A DNA stretch of 63,493 bases, counting the filler, from Octopus bimaculoides (lineage: Eukaryota), in the NCBI RefSeq assembly GCF_001194135.2. It is 4 parts of 4 records of this genome, joined end to end, with 100 filler letters (N's around TTAATTAATTAA, not from the genome) between each part and the next. Parts side by side here need not be neighbours in the genome. Positions count along the whole stretch, not along the records: positions 1 to 29,701 come from NC_068981.1; positions 29,802 to 54,946 come from NC_069006.1; 2 more parts are not named here. One strand, 5' to 3'. The translations under genes were made by a program, and so were the position numbers. The notes beneath the pieces were generated by a model. It ran no database searches, had not been told where the DNA came from, and saw only the letters and a program-made list of their open reading frames with translations. Positions 23,083 to 35,457 of the stretch are shown here, one piece after another. Each line of letters opens with the position of its first letter. Positions within the stretch are counted from its first letter, which is position 1.

Positions 23083-23843
23083 CTAAAAGTAATTTGAAAC
23101 CGAAACGGAGGCTCTAATCTGTGCTGCCCAAGAGCAAGCACTAAGAACAAACTACATCAAATACAGAATAGACAACACAGCAGAAAGTGATAAATGCAGA
23201 ATCTGTGGACGAAATGGTGAAAACGTATGGAATATTACCAGCCAATGTACGCCACTAGCCTAGAAGGAATATAAGTGACGCCCCGACAATATAGCCAGGC
23301 TTGTTCATTGGACACTTTGCAACAAGTATGAACTTGACAGAGCAAAATCTTAGTACGACCACAAACCTGAAGGCATCGTCGAAAATGATAATGTAAAGAT
23401 CCTGTAGGATTTTATGTTTCAGTGCGACCATGAGATAGAGAATAGGAAACCAGACATAGTGTTAATTGAGAAAGAAAGCAAACGATGCTGGATCATAAAT
23501 ATAGCATGCCCAGATGACAACAAGGTATGCGATAAGGAAGAAGAAAAAGCCGAGAAATATAACAGTTTAGCTGGGGAGGTTAAGCAGTTGTGGTCGATGA
23601 AAAAGGTAGCAATAGTACAAATAATTGTCAGAGCCCTGGGAACAGTAAGCAAAAATCTTGAGAAGTACGTGGAATAAATAGGGGCTGCAATAAGAGTGTA
23701 GCACTTACAGAAAACAGCACTGCTTAGAACCGCTCCAAAATTCACCGTAAGGTGCTCGAAAAATAAGAGGTGTTACCTTAGCTTACTGGTAGTGAACAGC
23801 TGACACTGTAATACATCTCCAGCGTTAGAAGCTGTGGAAAAGC
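23083..23843 (+). mobile_element. 3' portion of an R4/Dong-like LINE (CCHC zinc finger, RLE, 3' UTR, (AAT)n tail)
   Basis: TEALICAAQEQALRTNYIKYRID...DKCRICGRNGENVWNITSQC...WTLC...RKPDIVLIEK..CWIINIACPDD...EKAEKY..L..EVKQLW...IIVRALGTVSK. Multiple stops. (AAT)n on both sides. Confidence 0.9.
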
Positions 23844-23900
<57 letters not shown>

Positions 23901-23908
23901 TATGATGA

Positions 23909-24128
23909 TAATCCTTTCTACTATAGGCACAAGGCCTTAAATTTTTAGGGGAGGAGATAAGTCGATTACATCAACCCCAACGCTTGATTGGTACTTATTT
24001 TATCGAGTCCGAAAGGATGAAAGGCTAGGTCGGCCACGGTGGAATTTGAACTCAGAACGTAAGGACAGACGAAATGTTGCTAATCATTTTGCCCGTCGCG
24101 GTAACCGATTCTACCAGCTCGCTGCTTT
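23909..24128 (-). mobile_element. SINE family B
   Basis: Reverse complement of the family B consensus, adjacent to the LINE tail. Confidence 0.85.
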
Positions 24129-24779
24129 AATAATAATGATATTAATCCATCACCACTCCAAAGTTCATGAAACTCGGATTAACAACAGAATTAATTACAG
24201 ATATTGTTATTATTGATATCGTTGTTGTCGTCATCGATGTTGTTGCTTTTATAAATATTTATTTACCAACGTTTGCAATGCTGCCAACATTTACTGGTTG
24301 CGCGGTATCTAGAATAAAACAGCCTGTTTGATATCGTAGATATCCATCCTTCGATATCGAAATTGCTTCACACAAAATCTCTAGACTTCAATTGACAATT
24401 TAGTAAATTTAGCGACCTCGATCTCAGAATGAGTTTCAACGCTTAGAAGTTACTTTTGTTTCACGATTATTCCCCCATGGTAAAAAGGAAAGGAATACTG
24501 CTTGACGTATCCTTTGAGAGTTACGACACAGCTAAGGTACTGATCTCAGGTTATTTTCCCTAATACCCCACCACCACCACCAAAAAACAAAATGTACCCC
24601 TCTCCAAGAGTTCGGTCCTTTACAAAATGTCATGTGCACATCTACGCCATCGATAAGTTCAGGAAAAAATATTATAAACATATTCAAAGAATTCAGCTAG
24701 GAATAACGGTTACCACCAGCTTAATTCAGGTAGACCCTAGACCTCAAGGCTGACGGGTACTACCCCTACAGAAAGCTTA

Positions 24780-25990
24780 ATGTGGAAACTATTAATATCC
24801 ATAGAAACTGAAACCATCCCCAGCCGTAATTACAAACTTAGACACAGGCATTAACAGAAAAAGTCTCCATTCCATTGGAGATCAGAGAAATCTTCAACAG
24901 AACCGCACCTCATTTTAACGAAGGAGCGGATTTATTGATAAGTTAGTCTAGCTGAAAGATTCATCCCCTCCCACAAACCTGAAGCCAGTTAGAAAGAGAA
25001 AGGTGATTTAGTTTAATCTACCGAGCAATCTAGATCTATGTATTAATGTAGTTAGAAGTTTCTTGTTACTAATTAGATAGCATTTCCAAAGAACACTTAG
25101 TTATCATAAACTTCTTAACACCCATAACGTCATGGTTAGCTACTTGTGCTTAGATGATATCGTTTCCAATAATGCACGCTACAATAGAAGTAAACACCTA
25201 CGCAGTGACCACTACATATCCAGCTAGTAACTGCAGAAACACAACTGACGGGTCAGAGGAAAAATCCCACCTCTCAAAGCCTAAGTCTATTGAACTATTC
25301 TCATACCTTCCAGTTGCATCACGAGACTCTACGCGAGCGTAACAGCCAGTGATTTCAAGGGAAGTTTTACGCATCACATGAACTCCTTTAGGTGTGAGGA
25401 CTGAGAAAACTACCTCTTTGTGCTGCCCCATCTAAAGATTTCGTAACCAAGGATCCAACTTGACAATATCAAAAGGGATATCATTGACAGTGTCTCTCCT
25501 TACTCATCTGAAGTTCATAAATGATAAATCAATCTCTGTGAGAAATTACATATACAGAAGTAGCCTGCAGTCCCCATCAAAAAGATTTATGTTATTGCCG
25601 ATCTATCCAATAGCTGTTATTAAAGACATACCCAGTTAATACATTTCAATATGTTGGCTACTGATAACTCGGAAAGATCATCTTGACCATAATCGGCCCG
25701 TGCACAATTGTGGGGTATATAATCCCTGTTACACTATGCATCAATACTAGACGCGCAAACTGTTGCGTAACCTAACATCACCAAACCGGTTAACTAGCCA
25801 AATAGTAGACCAGTGACTATCATCAGCTGACTCTCAAATCCAACAGACCGCCGACTGTTTGACTCCAATATACTGTCTACTCTATCATGTGGAGCGTATA
25901 ATCGAATGAATCGTTTCTGCGGCTTAACCAAAGTATCCATTAAACTGGCAAAGAGAAGCCTAGATATTTTCATCAAAAACTCATATATAA
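24780..25990 (-). mobile_element. Old degenerate L1/Tx1-like LINE ORF2 relic (APE region)
   Basis: Only weak motifs: KRFIRLYAPHDR resembles (I/V)YAPN, and QLLDRS resembles YLDR. Many stops. Confidence 0.3.
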
Positions 25991-26139
25991 ATTTCTTTTA
26001 AAATCAACTTCACTTCGACTCCGCAATCTAAGGATGTTGGTTCAATCTGCGTCTACGAGACTTGGATCTGAGACAGTTATTATCTACTTACAGAGAATTC
26101 CAGCTAATAGTGTTGATCATAACTTACCACTGAGTGGAA

Positions 26140-26410
26140 ACCTGTTGTATATGTGTGCGCCGTTTTCATGTGTTTGTGCGTTTGTATGTCTGTGTTTGTA
26201 TATAAAGTGCTCGTGTTTGTCCTTTACCACCGCTTGACAACCGGTATTGGTGTGTTTACGCCTCCATAACTTAGCATTTCCTCAGTAAATGAGACCGATA
26301 GAATAACTACCAGACTTGAAAAATATACTTGAGTCGTCTTATTCCACTAAACCCTTCAGGGCGGTTTCCCAGCTTCACAGCAATCTAATGATTGAAACAA
26401 GTTAAAGAGG
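26140..26410 (+). mobile_element. SINE family A, 3' half
   Basis: ccaccgcttgacaaccggtattggtgtgtttacg...gagaccgatagaataac...aatgattgaaacaag. Confidence 0.8.
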
Positions 26411-27350
26411 AAAGATTTCCAAGAATTCGAAGCAACCACGTACTGGCAGGCACCCTTATTGTCTTGGAGCATTTCTCTGGCTTTTCAGAGGTAGAAAAAA
26501 AAAGCGAGGCATAAAAATATTGCAATATAAAAGTTCACTAACAATCCTCAGGGTCCGCCATAAATCATAAATAATCCACATGCCGTTGATGATATTTTAT
26601 AACATGTTGTTAATTGATAACATTCTCGTTATTGTAACCAAATCTCAACTTGAAAAAGGTTTAGAACTTGCTTCCTGCATCATCATATTTGTTGCTGGGC
26701 TGATTTAAAGTATACTGACGTTGTTACGTTGAAAGGTTGACGGTGTCATGGGTGTTAAACAACTAAAGCTGTTCACCATAAGATAGCCATTCTCGTTAAT
26801 AACTTTGTACAATGACAAATATATAGAGATATTTTATACCAAATATCCCTTTGCGATAGCTTACTAAGAAACAACATATGGTGAGATATCCGCCTTCCAG
26901 CTATTAAATTGTAGATCAAACCTTAAAAAGGAATGACATACGATTATAAATTCTATTCAGGTTGTCGTGAAAGTTAAAAGGCGTTTTGTATTTCAAAACC
27001 ATTACCGTTATCATTCGTACAACAGTTTTGCCCAGTGAGATACTCTTTATGGCTTCCATTTTGCCTGTCGACAGGTCGTTACCAGATAGAAAATGAATCG
27101 CGAAATGTAATAACGTTGAAGATTGTTATATTTTTTTTTTGTTTTTTTTTTAGTCTTTTTGTTGTTGTTTTTGTTTCACAAGTAATCGACATTGAATAGT
27201 TCAGATGTAAAGTATTCAAACAAAGAGTATTTATCACTTTTTTATGTCTGGACACAAAGCTGAACATTCTTACACACACACTTAAGCACCAACATACCTG
27301 TACACAAACAGACGCAAACTTACACACCAAGTCCTTTTTCAGATACACGT

Positions 27351-27385
<35 letters not shown>

Positions 27386-27611
27386 ATTTATGTATATATA
27401 TAAGCATATACATACATATTTATATACACACAACTACATATAATTAGAGAGAGAATTAATGTGGGAAGTGGGAAGTTATGATCACAGCCCTTTCAGGTTA
27501 TCTTGAATGACGAAGAATAGTTTGGTTCTGAATACAGACACAGACACAGACACATATAAAACACATTTATATTGCTACAATTACGAAAGTGCGTGCATAC
27601 ATATTATGTAT

Positions 27612-27678
<67 letters not shown>

Positions 27679-27830
27679 TGTGTGCCTCTGTGTGTTTGTG
27701 TATGTGTACTTGAACATGTTCCATAAAGGATCCACCCCAAATAGCCAGACAGTTGCCATGTACACGGCTTCTTTATCGTCTGCAAATGCAAAGAATTAAT
27801 TATTATCAACAGCAGCAATAACAGCAACAA

Positions 27831-28525
27831 TAATTCTTTCTAGTCTTGGCACAAAACCAGTAATTTTGAAAGGAATGGGACAGTCGGTTACATTGATCCC
27901 AGTGCTTACCAATTTCACCTCAGAATACAGAGTCGGAAGAAATGCTGCTTAGTAATTTTATCCGGCGTGCAAACGATCTGCCAGCTCGTCACTTTGACAT
28001 TAGTAATGGTTAGAGCGGCGAGCTAGCAAGAATCGTTAGTATACCGGACAAAACACTTAGCAGCATTTCGTCCGTCTTTACGTTTTGAGTTCAAATTCTG
28101 CTGTGCTCGACTTTGCCTTTCATCCTTTTGGGGGTTGATAAAATTAGTACCAATTGATCACTGGGATCAATGTAATTAACATACCCGCTTCCCGAAATTG
28201 CTGGCCTTGTGCCAATAACTGAAACCAATATCAATAATAATGGCTTCTAATTTTAGCATAAGGCTAGTAATTTTCGAGAGAGGGGTTAAATTCGATTACA
28301 TCGACGCCCTAATATTCAAATGGTACTTATTTTATCGATCTCGAAAGGATGAAAGGCAAAGTCTTTCTCGGCTGGGGTCGATGTAATCAACTATTCCCGT
28401 TCTCCAAAATTTCAGACCGTGTGACTATAGTAGAAAGGAATATTTCAACACAAAACGTAAAGATGGACGACATGCCGCTGAGTATTTTGTCCAACGCAGT
28501 AGCGATTCTGTCAGTTCTCCGTCTT
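27831..28525. mobile_element. Cluster of three SINE family B copies (-, +, - with an internal inverted piece)
   Basis: 27831-27994 (-), 28013-28230 (+) and 28241-28525 (-), the last containing a + strand 3'-half piece at 28372-28445. Confidence 0.8.
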
Positions 28526-28535
28526 ATGTACAAAA

Positions 28536-28619
<84 letters not shown>

Positions 28620-28620
<1 letters not shown>

Positions 28621-29300
28621 CTGTCACAGTACAGGGATCAATTCTAATAATTTGAATGTAGCACAAATATGTCTAACGAAACAAAGGAAAACTACAGCAG
28701 TACACCAAATCGCTTGTCCTGCGGTTAATCTGGAAGCGCGTTCCCCAGGAGAGAGCCAGCATGGGGTCGAAAAGTCATCCACTGGCACAAACTCTCCTCT
28801 GAATACGAACCTGGATGGTCACTTGAACGGGAACTGCCCCAACTCGAGCTCTTTAAGTCCACCATCACACCCACCACAGAAAGAAAAATTTAAGAGGATC
28901 AAATGGACCCGAGAAGAGTATACAGAAGTAATATACGTCTACTACTATGCATTAGGTAGGCCATCTTAAGAGAAACACAACGCACACTCTTATCAAATAT
29001 GGAGAACACGAAATCAAGACAGCAGACTATATTTGGACGAAAACAAGTTAGCAAATGTTAGGAGGGATATCCCCAGAAATAAAGGACTCACAGATAGTGA
29101 AATAACTGCGGTCAAACACGCATCAGAAAATGACCTAAATGTAAGACAAGGAAATGAAGAGCCAGACAAAAAGAGCAACTCCCCACGAGTCTCAATTGAA
29201 AGAAAGCCATCTGACCAGAACACGCAAACGTCTGGAGAAATAAATTGTAATGAACCTAATAAAGATAACGAGGAAAGTGGCAAAGAAAAAAATATTTGAA
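28620..29300 (+). mobile_element. 5' portion of an R4/Dong-like LINE ORF, starting directly after (AAT)n
   Basis: KFKRIKWTREEYTEVIYVYYYA...YQIWRTRNQDSRLYLDENKLANVRRDI.RNKGLTDSEITAVK (N-terminal KWT.EE/L.N.RR.I block). Confidence 0.75.
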
Positions 29301-29669
29301 GACTACACATTTACTTTAGAATCCTTAAAATTACTAACCCTTTACAAAATTCAGATGAGACTCGCAAAAGATTACAGCTCTCTTACGCCTGGTGCTGCGT
29401 GCTGCTCGTCACACAAACGTTCTCGACCGCATTCAAAATAACAACATCAATAACAAAAAAAAGGCTATTCAAACACTTAAAAATCTGACTCACCGTTGTG
29501 CTTTCTTCTCTCCCTGCATAGATTACAGCGCTTCCTTTCCCTCCGAGTCACCAAGTCTCGCGATTCCTCCCGTCAGGCATTTTCAACTCTTCTCGTCTCA
29601 TTCATCTCTCTTTGTCACATGATCGTGACCACAACACCAGATCTCTCTCTCTCTTTCTCTTTCTCTCTC

Positions 29670-29700
<31 letters not shown>

Positions 29701-29701
29701 C

Positions 29702-29801
29702 NNNNNNNNNNNNNNNNNNNNNNNNNNNNNNNNNNNNNNNNNNNNTTAATTAATTAANNNNNNNNNNNNNNNNNNNNNNNNNNNNNNNNNNNNNNNNNNN
29801 N
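29702..29801. other. Artificial 100-bp scaffolding spacer N44-TTAATTAATTAA-N44
   Basis: Exact symmetric N counts. The 12-mer has stops in all six frames. Identical at three sites. Confidence 0.95.
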
Positions 29802-30092
29802 TGTTTATTGAGCGAAAACACCTAAAAGTTCCACGAGGCTCCGGCAGGGGATGGTGGCGAACCCTGCTGTACTCTTTCACCACAACTTTCTCTCACTCTT
29901 ACTTCCTGTTTCTGTTGTGCCTGTAATTCAAAGGGTCAGCCTTGTCACACTGTGTCACGCTGAATATCCCCGAGAACTACGTTAAGGGTACACGTGTCTG
30001 TGGAGTGCTCAGCCACTTGCACGTTGATTTCACAAGCAGGCTGTTCCGTTGATCGGATCAACTGGAACCCTCGACGGAGTGCCAACAACAAC
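29802..30092 (+). mobile_element. SINE family C, (CAA)n-tailed, 5' end cut by the spacer
   Basis: ggcaggggatggtggcgaaccctgctgtactc...gtgtctgtggagtgctcagccacttgcacg...gatcggatcaactggaaccctcgacggagtgcc(aac)n. The class is inferred from the simple-repeat tail and the layout. Confidence 0.65.
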
Positions 30093-30366
30093 ATGTATGT
30101 GTGTTTGTATTGCTATATGTATGTGTTAGAATATGGTTGTCTGTGTATATTGTATGTGTGTGTGTGTGTCTTTTGATATATGGGTGTGTTTGTGTACTGG
30201 TGTTTGTATGTATGTCTTATTTGTGTTACACTCTGTATTACCACACATCATACAGAATCCCGTCTGTATGTGTATATCTCACACATCCTATCTAATATCT
30301 ATGTTTGTGTCACATACACACACGTATATCCTATACAATCTAACAATATGTCCTCCCTATTTCCAG

Positions 30367-30433
30367 ATGCTGTTGAGAACCTCAGAGAAAATGTTGACAA
30401 TCTTCACTTAAAGAGTCCACCTTCCAATGTCAA
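30367..30433 (+). CDS. CCDC50: CCDC50/Ymer-like protein, internal exon a (phase 1 to 2): (D)AVENLRENVDNLHLKSPPSNV(K)
   Basis: ccctatttccag|AT...GTCAA|gtaagt. Phase fits the next exon. Confidence 0.7.
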
Positions 30434-31004
30434 GTAAGTAACTCTGTTAAATTCACTCATACTCGTCGATGTCACATCTCTAACACTTCACAACACTTAC
30501 ACATTGGTACTCACCCACACCTATAACCTTGTACCTGTACCCCCATGCCCATAACACTTGTACGCTTGTGTCCACTATATCCTTTACATGTGCACTCTTG
30601 TCCCCACAGCACATGTACTCCTACACTTAATACACAACATCTATATTTTCAAACCCACTGCAACTGTACTCCCGTAACCACATCACCTTTTCTTCTTTAT
30701 CCACAACACCTGTACTCCTACAATAATATATACCTGTACCCAAACATCCACAACCCACAACACTTGTATTCTTGTATCCGCTACACTTGTACTCACATTC
30801 CACAGTAATTTATACGAAATATCCAATCACAACTTAACGAAACCAAACTAAAATTCTGAATAAATCTCGTCTCAACTCCCCATACACACACACACACACC
30901 TCTCTTCACTCTCCTACAACATGCCTGGTGAGGCCATGTTTACCAGTGTTTTATTGTTTTTTTTCATTGATATTGTTTGTTTTATATTTGCTATCCTTCT
31001 CCAG

Positions 31005-31116
31005 AGTTCGTCATAGCGGTCAACTTGAGGACAACGGTGACTTTAGTGACTTCTATGTGCTCCCACCTACTGCAAACGTTGCTGAACAGAAACTGCTACA
31101 AGAGTATCAGGACGAG
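31005..31116 (+). CDS. CCDC50: CCDC50-like exon b (phase 2 to 0): VRHSGQLEDNGDFSDFYVLPPTANVAEQKLLQEYQDE
   Basis: tccttctccag|A...GACGAG|gtatgt. Confidence 0.8.
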
Positions 31117-31933
31117 GTATGTCACTTATTTCTGTCTGTCGGCAATAATGGTAAGGAGTAATTTTAGGATCAAATGGAATATGGAGCAAAATACTTTATA
31201 GTTTCTAGTCTGTTCTATCTCTGTTGTGGGTTCAACTTCTGCCTCTTTCCCCTCTTTCTGGAATCCATGAACTGCTTCCTGTAAATATCCTTCAGGGTCA
31301 ATTCAGTTGACACTTCTCTATCAAAATTGACCTTGTATCTTGTTAAAAATAAATCCACATTAACAACGTTGATTTGAGAGTCCAAGCGTACAACTTTCAA
31401 TGTATATAATGGGACAATTGTTCTTATGGCTAGATATCCTTCTTACCGTTAACCATTCTAGTGTGAGGTAGAATGACAGAACTTGCTGCCAGGAACAACA
31501 GATAATGACTGTTGTAAGGTTTGAACTTGCGATAGTGTCCTCAGCAGTTCAGAATTGTAACTTCACCATCATTCTACCCTGTAGGTTTCTATCTCTTGAC
31601 CATTCCCGATATTTTGGTCAAATGTTCTCACATGGTTCATATGGATCAACACAATGTAGACTTTATCTTTAATGTTCCAGAAATAAAACCTCGATAGATT
31701 ATTAAATTTTTTTTTTATAGTTTTCTCTTTTTTTTTCCACTTTGATAGGTATGTAGATTGATGAGATACAAACCAACAAATTATTAATTTGCCTATTATC
31801 TTTTTTTAGCATCGTTGACAAGCGTGCAGATTGTCTTTTGAGTTTGTAAAAGAAAGCAGATTTATCCAGTCTTGTTTTTGTTTTATTTTTGCTAATCTGT
31901 CTTTTCTGAGGATAATATTTCATGTTTCTTCAG

Positions 31934-31969
31934 GAACTTGCACAGTTAATCCAAGAACAAGAACATAAG
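31934..31969 (+). CDS. CCDC50: CCDC50-like 36-nt exon c: ELAQLIQEQEHK (completes MIU-like motif QDEELAQLIQEQE)
   Basis: tttcttcag|GAA...AAG|gtatgt, phase 0 to 0. Confidence 0.8.
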
Positions 31970-32269
31970 GTATGTTTCAGTTCTTTCAACAGTTTCCTTT
32001 ATTCTTTCAACACTTGGGAGATTAAATGATTGACTGAGACAGTTAACACATTTATACCTGTGACAGCTTGTCCATATACTAACAGGTTATTTTATGGAAC
32101 CATCTGTAGTTAAAAGAAGGTTTAGAGGAAATTAAAACAAAGAACTAAGATATTGTTGAAAATCTGGTGCAAGGGAATTCTAATGGATCTGCCTCTAACA
32201 ATGTGCCAGTACTACTACTACTACTACTACTAATAATAATAATAATAATAATGATGATAATAATTCTAA

Positions 32270-33625
32270 TTTTTTGTTCAAGCCAGCAATTTTAGGGAAG
32301 ATGCCATGTTTATTACATCAACCCCTGTGCTCAATGGGTACTTATTTTATTGACCCCAAAAGAAAAGTAAACTTCAGCTGAATTTGAACTCAGAGCATAA
32401 AGAGCTAAAAGAAATGCCTCTAAGCATTTTGTCCAACATGCTAATGATTCTGCCAGTTCACCACTTTAATGATTTTAAACTTTGACCCAAGGTCAGCAAT
32501 TTGGGAGAAGCTTGTAAGTTGATTGCATCAACCCCTAGTGCTCAACTGGTACTTATTTTATCAGCTCCAAAAGAAAAGCAAAGAAGGCCTCAGTGAAATT
32601 TTAACTGAGTATGTGCTCAGCATTTTGTCCAACATGCTAACAATTATGTCAGCTCACTGCCTTATTCATAATAATAATAATAATTAGGATAGTAAAAATG
32701 GAAATGATCCCTATAGTAATAGGTGTTTTAGGTATGATTTTAAAAAAACAGACAAATACATAAAAACTTCAGGATGTTATATAAAATTGCACTGCTAGAT
32801 GCTGCACACATCTTAGCTAGAGCACTTTCAAAGCAGTGAAAATAGCAGCACGAAAACAAACTACAGCACATACCCAAGGCACATAGAGTTGCACTCAGCA
32901 GTGTAGTGAAAGCACACAAAGTGAGACAACTGAATGATGATATTCACTTTTAGTATAGACACATGTCTTGAAATTTTTGGAGAGAGGGTGTTAGGCAAGT
33001 TCATCAGCTCCAGTGCTTGACTGGTACTTATTTCATCAACCTCAAAAGGATGAAAGGTAAAGTGATCCTCAGCAGCATTTGAACTCTGAAATTAAAGATG
33101 GATAAAATGCTGCAAAGTATTTTGTCCAGTGTAATAACGATTCTGTTAGCTTTACTTATCTTATTCCTTTCCGAGGTTACCGTGGTTTTTTCGTAGGTTT
33201 TTCTTTCCACGGATAACCCTAGACAGTGTTTTAGTTTCTCCCTCTTTTGGGAATTTCAGTTGTTAAAACAATACATTGTTATCTTTTGTGTACACATCAC
33301 AAAACATTTTCGATCCCCATTGATTGGTTTTGAAAAGAAAAGTTCGACATTGTATTGTCCCCTCTGCGTTTGGCCCTTCATGGCTTAAAGAAACCTATCT
33401 TATTCCTTTCTGCTATAGGCACTAGGCTTAACATTTTGGAGATGGGGTTAAGTCAATTACATTAACCCCAGTGCTTCACTTGTACTGATTTTAGCAACCA
33501 CCAAAAGGATGAAAGGTTAAAATCAACCTTGGCAGAATTTGAACTCAGAATGTAAAGATGGATGAAATACTGCTAAGCATTTTGCCCAGCGTGACAAAAA
33601 TTCTACCAGCTTGCTGTCCTTATCT
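32270..33625 (-). mobile_element. Cluster of four CpG-decayed SINE family B copies plus an RLE-LINE 3' end (32695-32930, +)
   Basis: Repeated ggtacttattttat...aaggatgaaagg...gaatttgaactc with CG changed to TG/CA. 32695-32930 translates VKMEMIPIVIGVLGMI...KIALLDAAHILARALS. Confidence 0.75.
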
Positions 33626-34379
33626 TATTAATAATAATAAGAATATTAAATGATGATTGATTAGTTAAGACTTTATCCAAATTTGAAAGGTTTTAAAGGA
33701 AATATGGCTGAAGCCTGATTTGGGAGCTGCCTAAGCTGTTCCCCTAACAGGGTTCCAGTGGGTTTTATAAATTTGAAAAAAATCTCATTTTTGAAGATTT
33801 TTTAAAACTAATTTTGTTAAACAAACAAAAATGTGATGAAATATTACAAGTTTTGGTAAGTTTCTCTGTTTTATATTTGTGTTACCATAGTGAGAAGGGA
33901 TTCTTGCTAGGACATGCCTCCTTATTTTCAACAGTTAACCACTCGACCATGAAATGAGAACAAAATCAATCAAGCAAAGAAGTGTCAGTTAGGTCATAAC
34001 ACATAAAAGTTTAAACTCTTGACCCTATGATCAGTCTGACCGCAGCAGTTGTATTTTGTAAATTAGAGAAGTGTTTTCTGGAACAAAACTCAAGTGTTGC
34101 CTATCATATGACATAACTTTAGAAGTGTACTTTTGTCACCATGGAAATATAAGTGATCATATAATAATCATAATTCCACTGTTATCAAATTTCTTGGTAT
34201 TTATACAAGTAATGAAATGAATACTAATTTTCAAAAGAAAAATATTCCATCCCTCCATTTTCACAACCCACTACTCCTGGGAGGATTGTGGGGGGAAGTC
34301 CTCAGGCACCTTCTCTATGGGGAACTCTCGGAAGCAACTGTCATGACACTTTCCTGTTGGATTCCAAAACATGACCAAC

Positions 34380-34720
34380 TGTCACGATGAATATTATCTA
34401 ACCATTTTGTTCATGGTCTGCCCCTAGATCTGCCAGTTGGCTTGGCTTGAAGAACCTATCTTGTAATTCTTTTCTGCAAAACTCTAACCAAATGTCTGTA
34501 GTGCTGGAACTGGGACCTGTCAATGTGGAGAAGTAACAGCTCGACCTGGTGAGGCTCTCTGATCTCCAAGCTATGCACCTTGTTGAGTAATATTTTTCTA
34601 GTGATCCTTTGCAGAAACCCCATTTCAGCCACTTGTATTTACGATTATATTCTTTGCCATTATCCAACATTAATGTCATCAAGTGAGGATTGACATGAAA
34701 CCAAATTGAAGATAGCAAGT
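34380..34720 (-). mobile_element. Degenerate APE endonuclease fragment (RTE/CR1/L2-type LINE)
   Basis: AWRSESLTRS resembles TWRSP...RNQID, and ADLGADHEQ resembles AD.GSDH. Confidence 0.4.
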
Positions 34721-35295
34721 TTCACTTTTATTTTTTTACCAATCTTTCCTCTTCTCAGAATTTAATATTTATTACTTTAAAATAAAATTAAATGGAACAA
34801 ATTTCTCATTTGTATATTTATAAGTATGTTACTTTTTTTCTACATTTTATCAACATAATCACAATCTGTGCCATTGTAAACTTTTTGCTGCAAAATCTGA
34901 ACTCTTCCCATAATTACTACCACTTCCTCTCTCCTCCTCCTCCTCGTGATTCTTTCCCTCTCACTGTGTGTCTATGGCATCAAGCCTAGAATGTGCACTC
35001 ATAGGACACCTCTTTCATTAACTCTTTGTGTATTTTTCTTTTACTCTTTCCCCCCTCTCTTTATACAATGTGTAACTGGAGAAATCACCCAACTATTATT
35101 ATATTTACTGTTTGTGTATTATGGGGAAGGCGGGGAGATGGGAGTTTGTTTAATTTTACAAATGAATAAATGATTGATTCCTTGATTTCAGAATCACTTG
35201 TGAATACTGTCGTCTTCAGTGACATTTAGAGGAAACCGATCTATAAAAGCCAAACTATTTAAAATCTCTTCTTCTTGACCTTTTTATTTTTGCAG

Positions 35296-35457
35296 AGAAC
35301 AAAAGCAATAGTCGACCAAAGAAAACTGCGTGAAATCGAATTACATGATGCCAGGCTTGCAGAAATCATTCAAGAACAGGAGAAGATTAAATCCCGGAGA
35401 GTGCGTGGCCGACGGGAAAGGGCAGCCGATGAAAGACAGGCAAACAAAGACAGTCAG
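35296..35457 (+). CDS. CCDC50: CCDC50-like exon d: RTKAIVDQRKLREIELHDARLAEIIQEQEKIKSRRVRGRRERAADERQANKDSQ (second MIU-like motif, coiled coil)
   Basis: ttttattttttgcag|AGA...CAG|gtaaat, 162 nt, phase 0 to 0. The tandem D.ELA.LIQEQE / DARLAEIIQEQEK spacing resembles human CCDC50 DAEIARKLQEEE...QDEEIARLLMAEEKK. Confidence 0.85.

Noticed and set aside
29746-29757. TTAATTAA as a PacI or homeodomain site, or a piggyBac target
   Set aside because: It is part of the artificial spacer.
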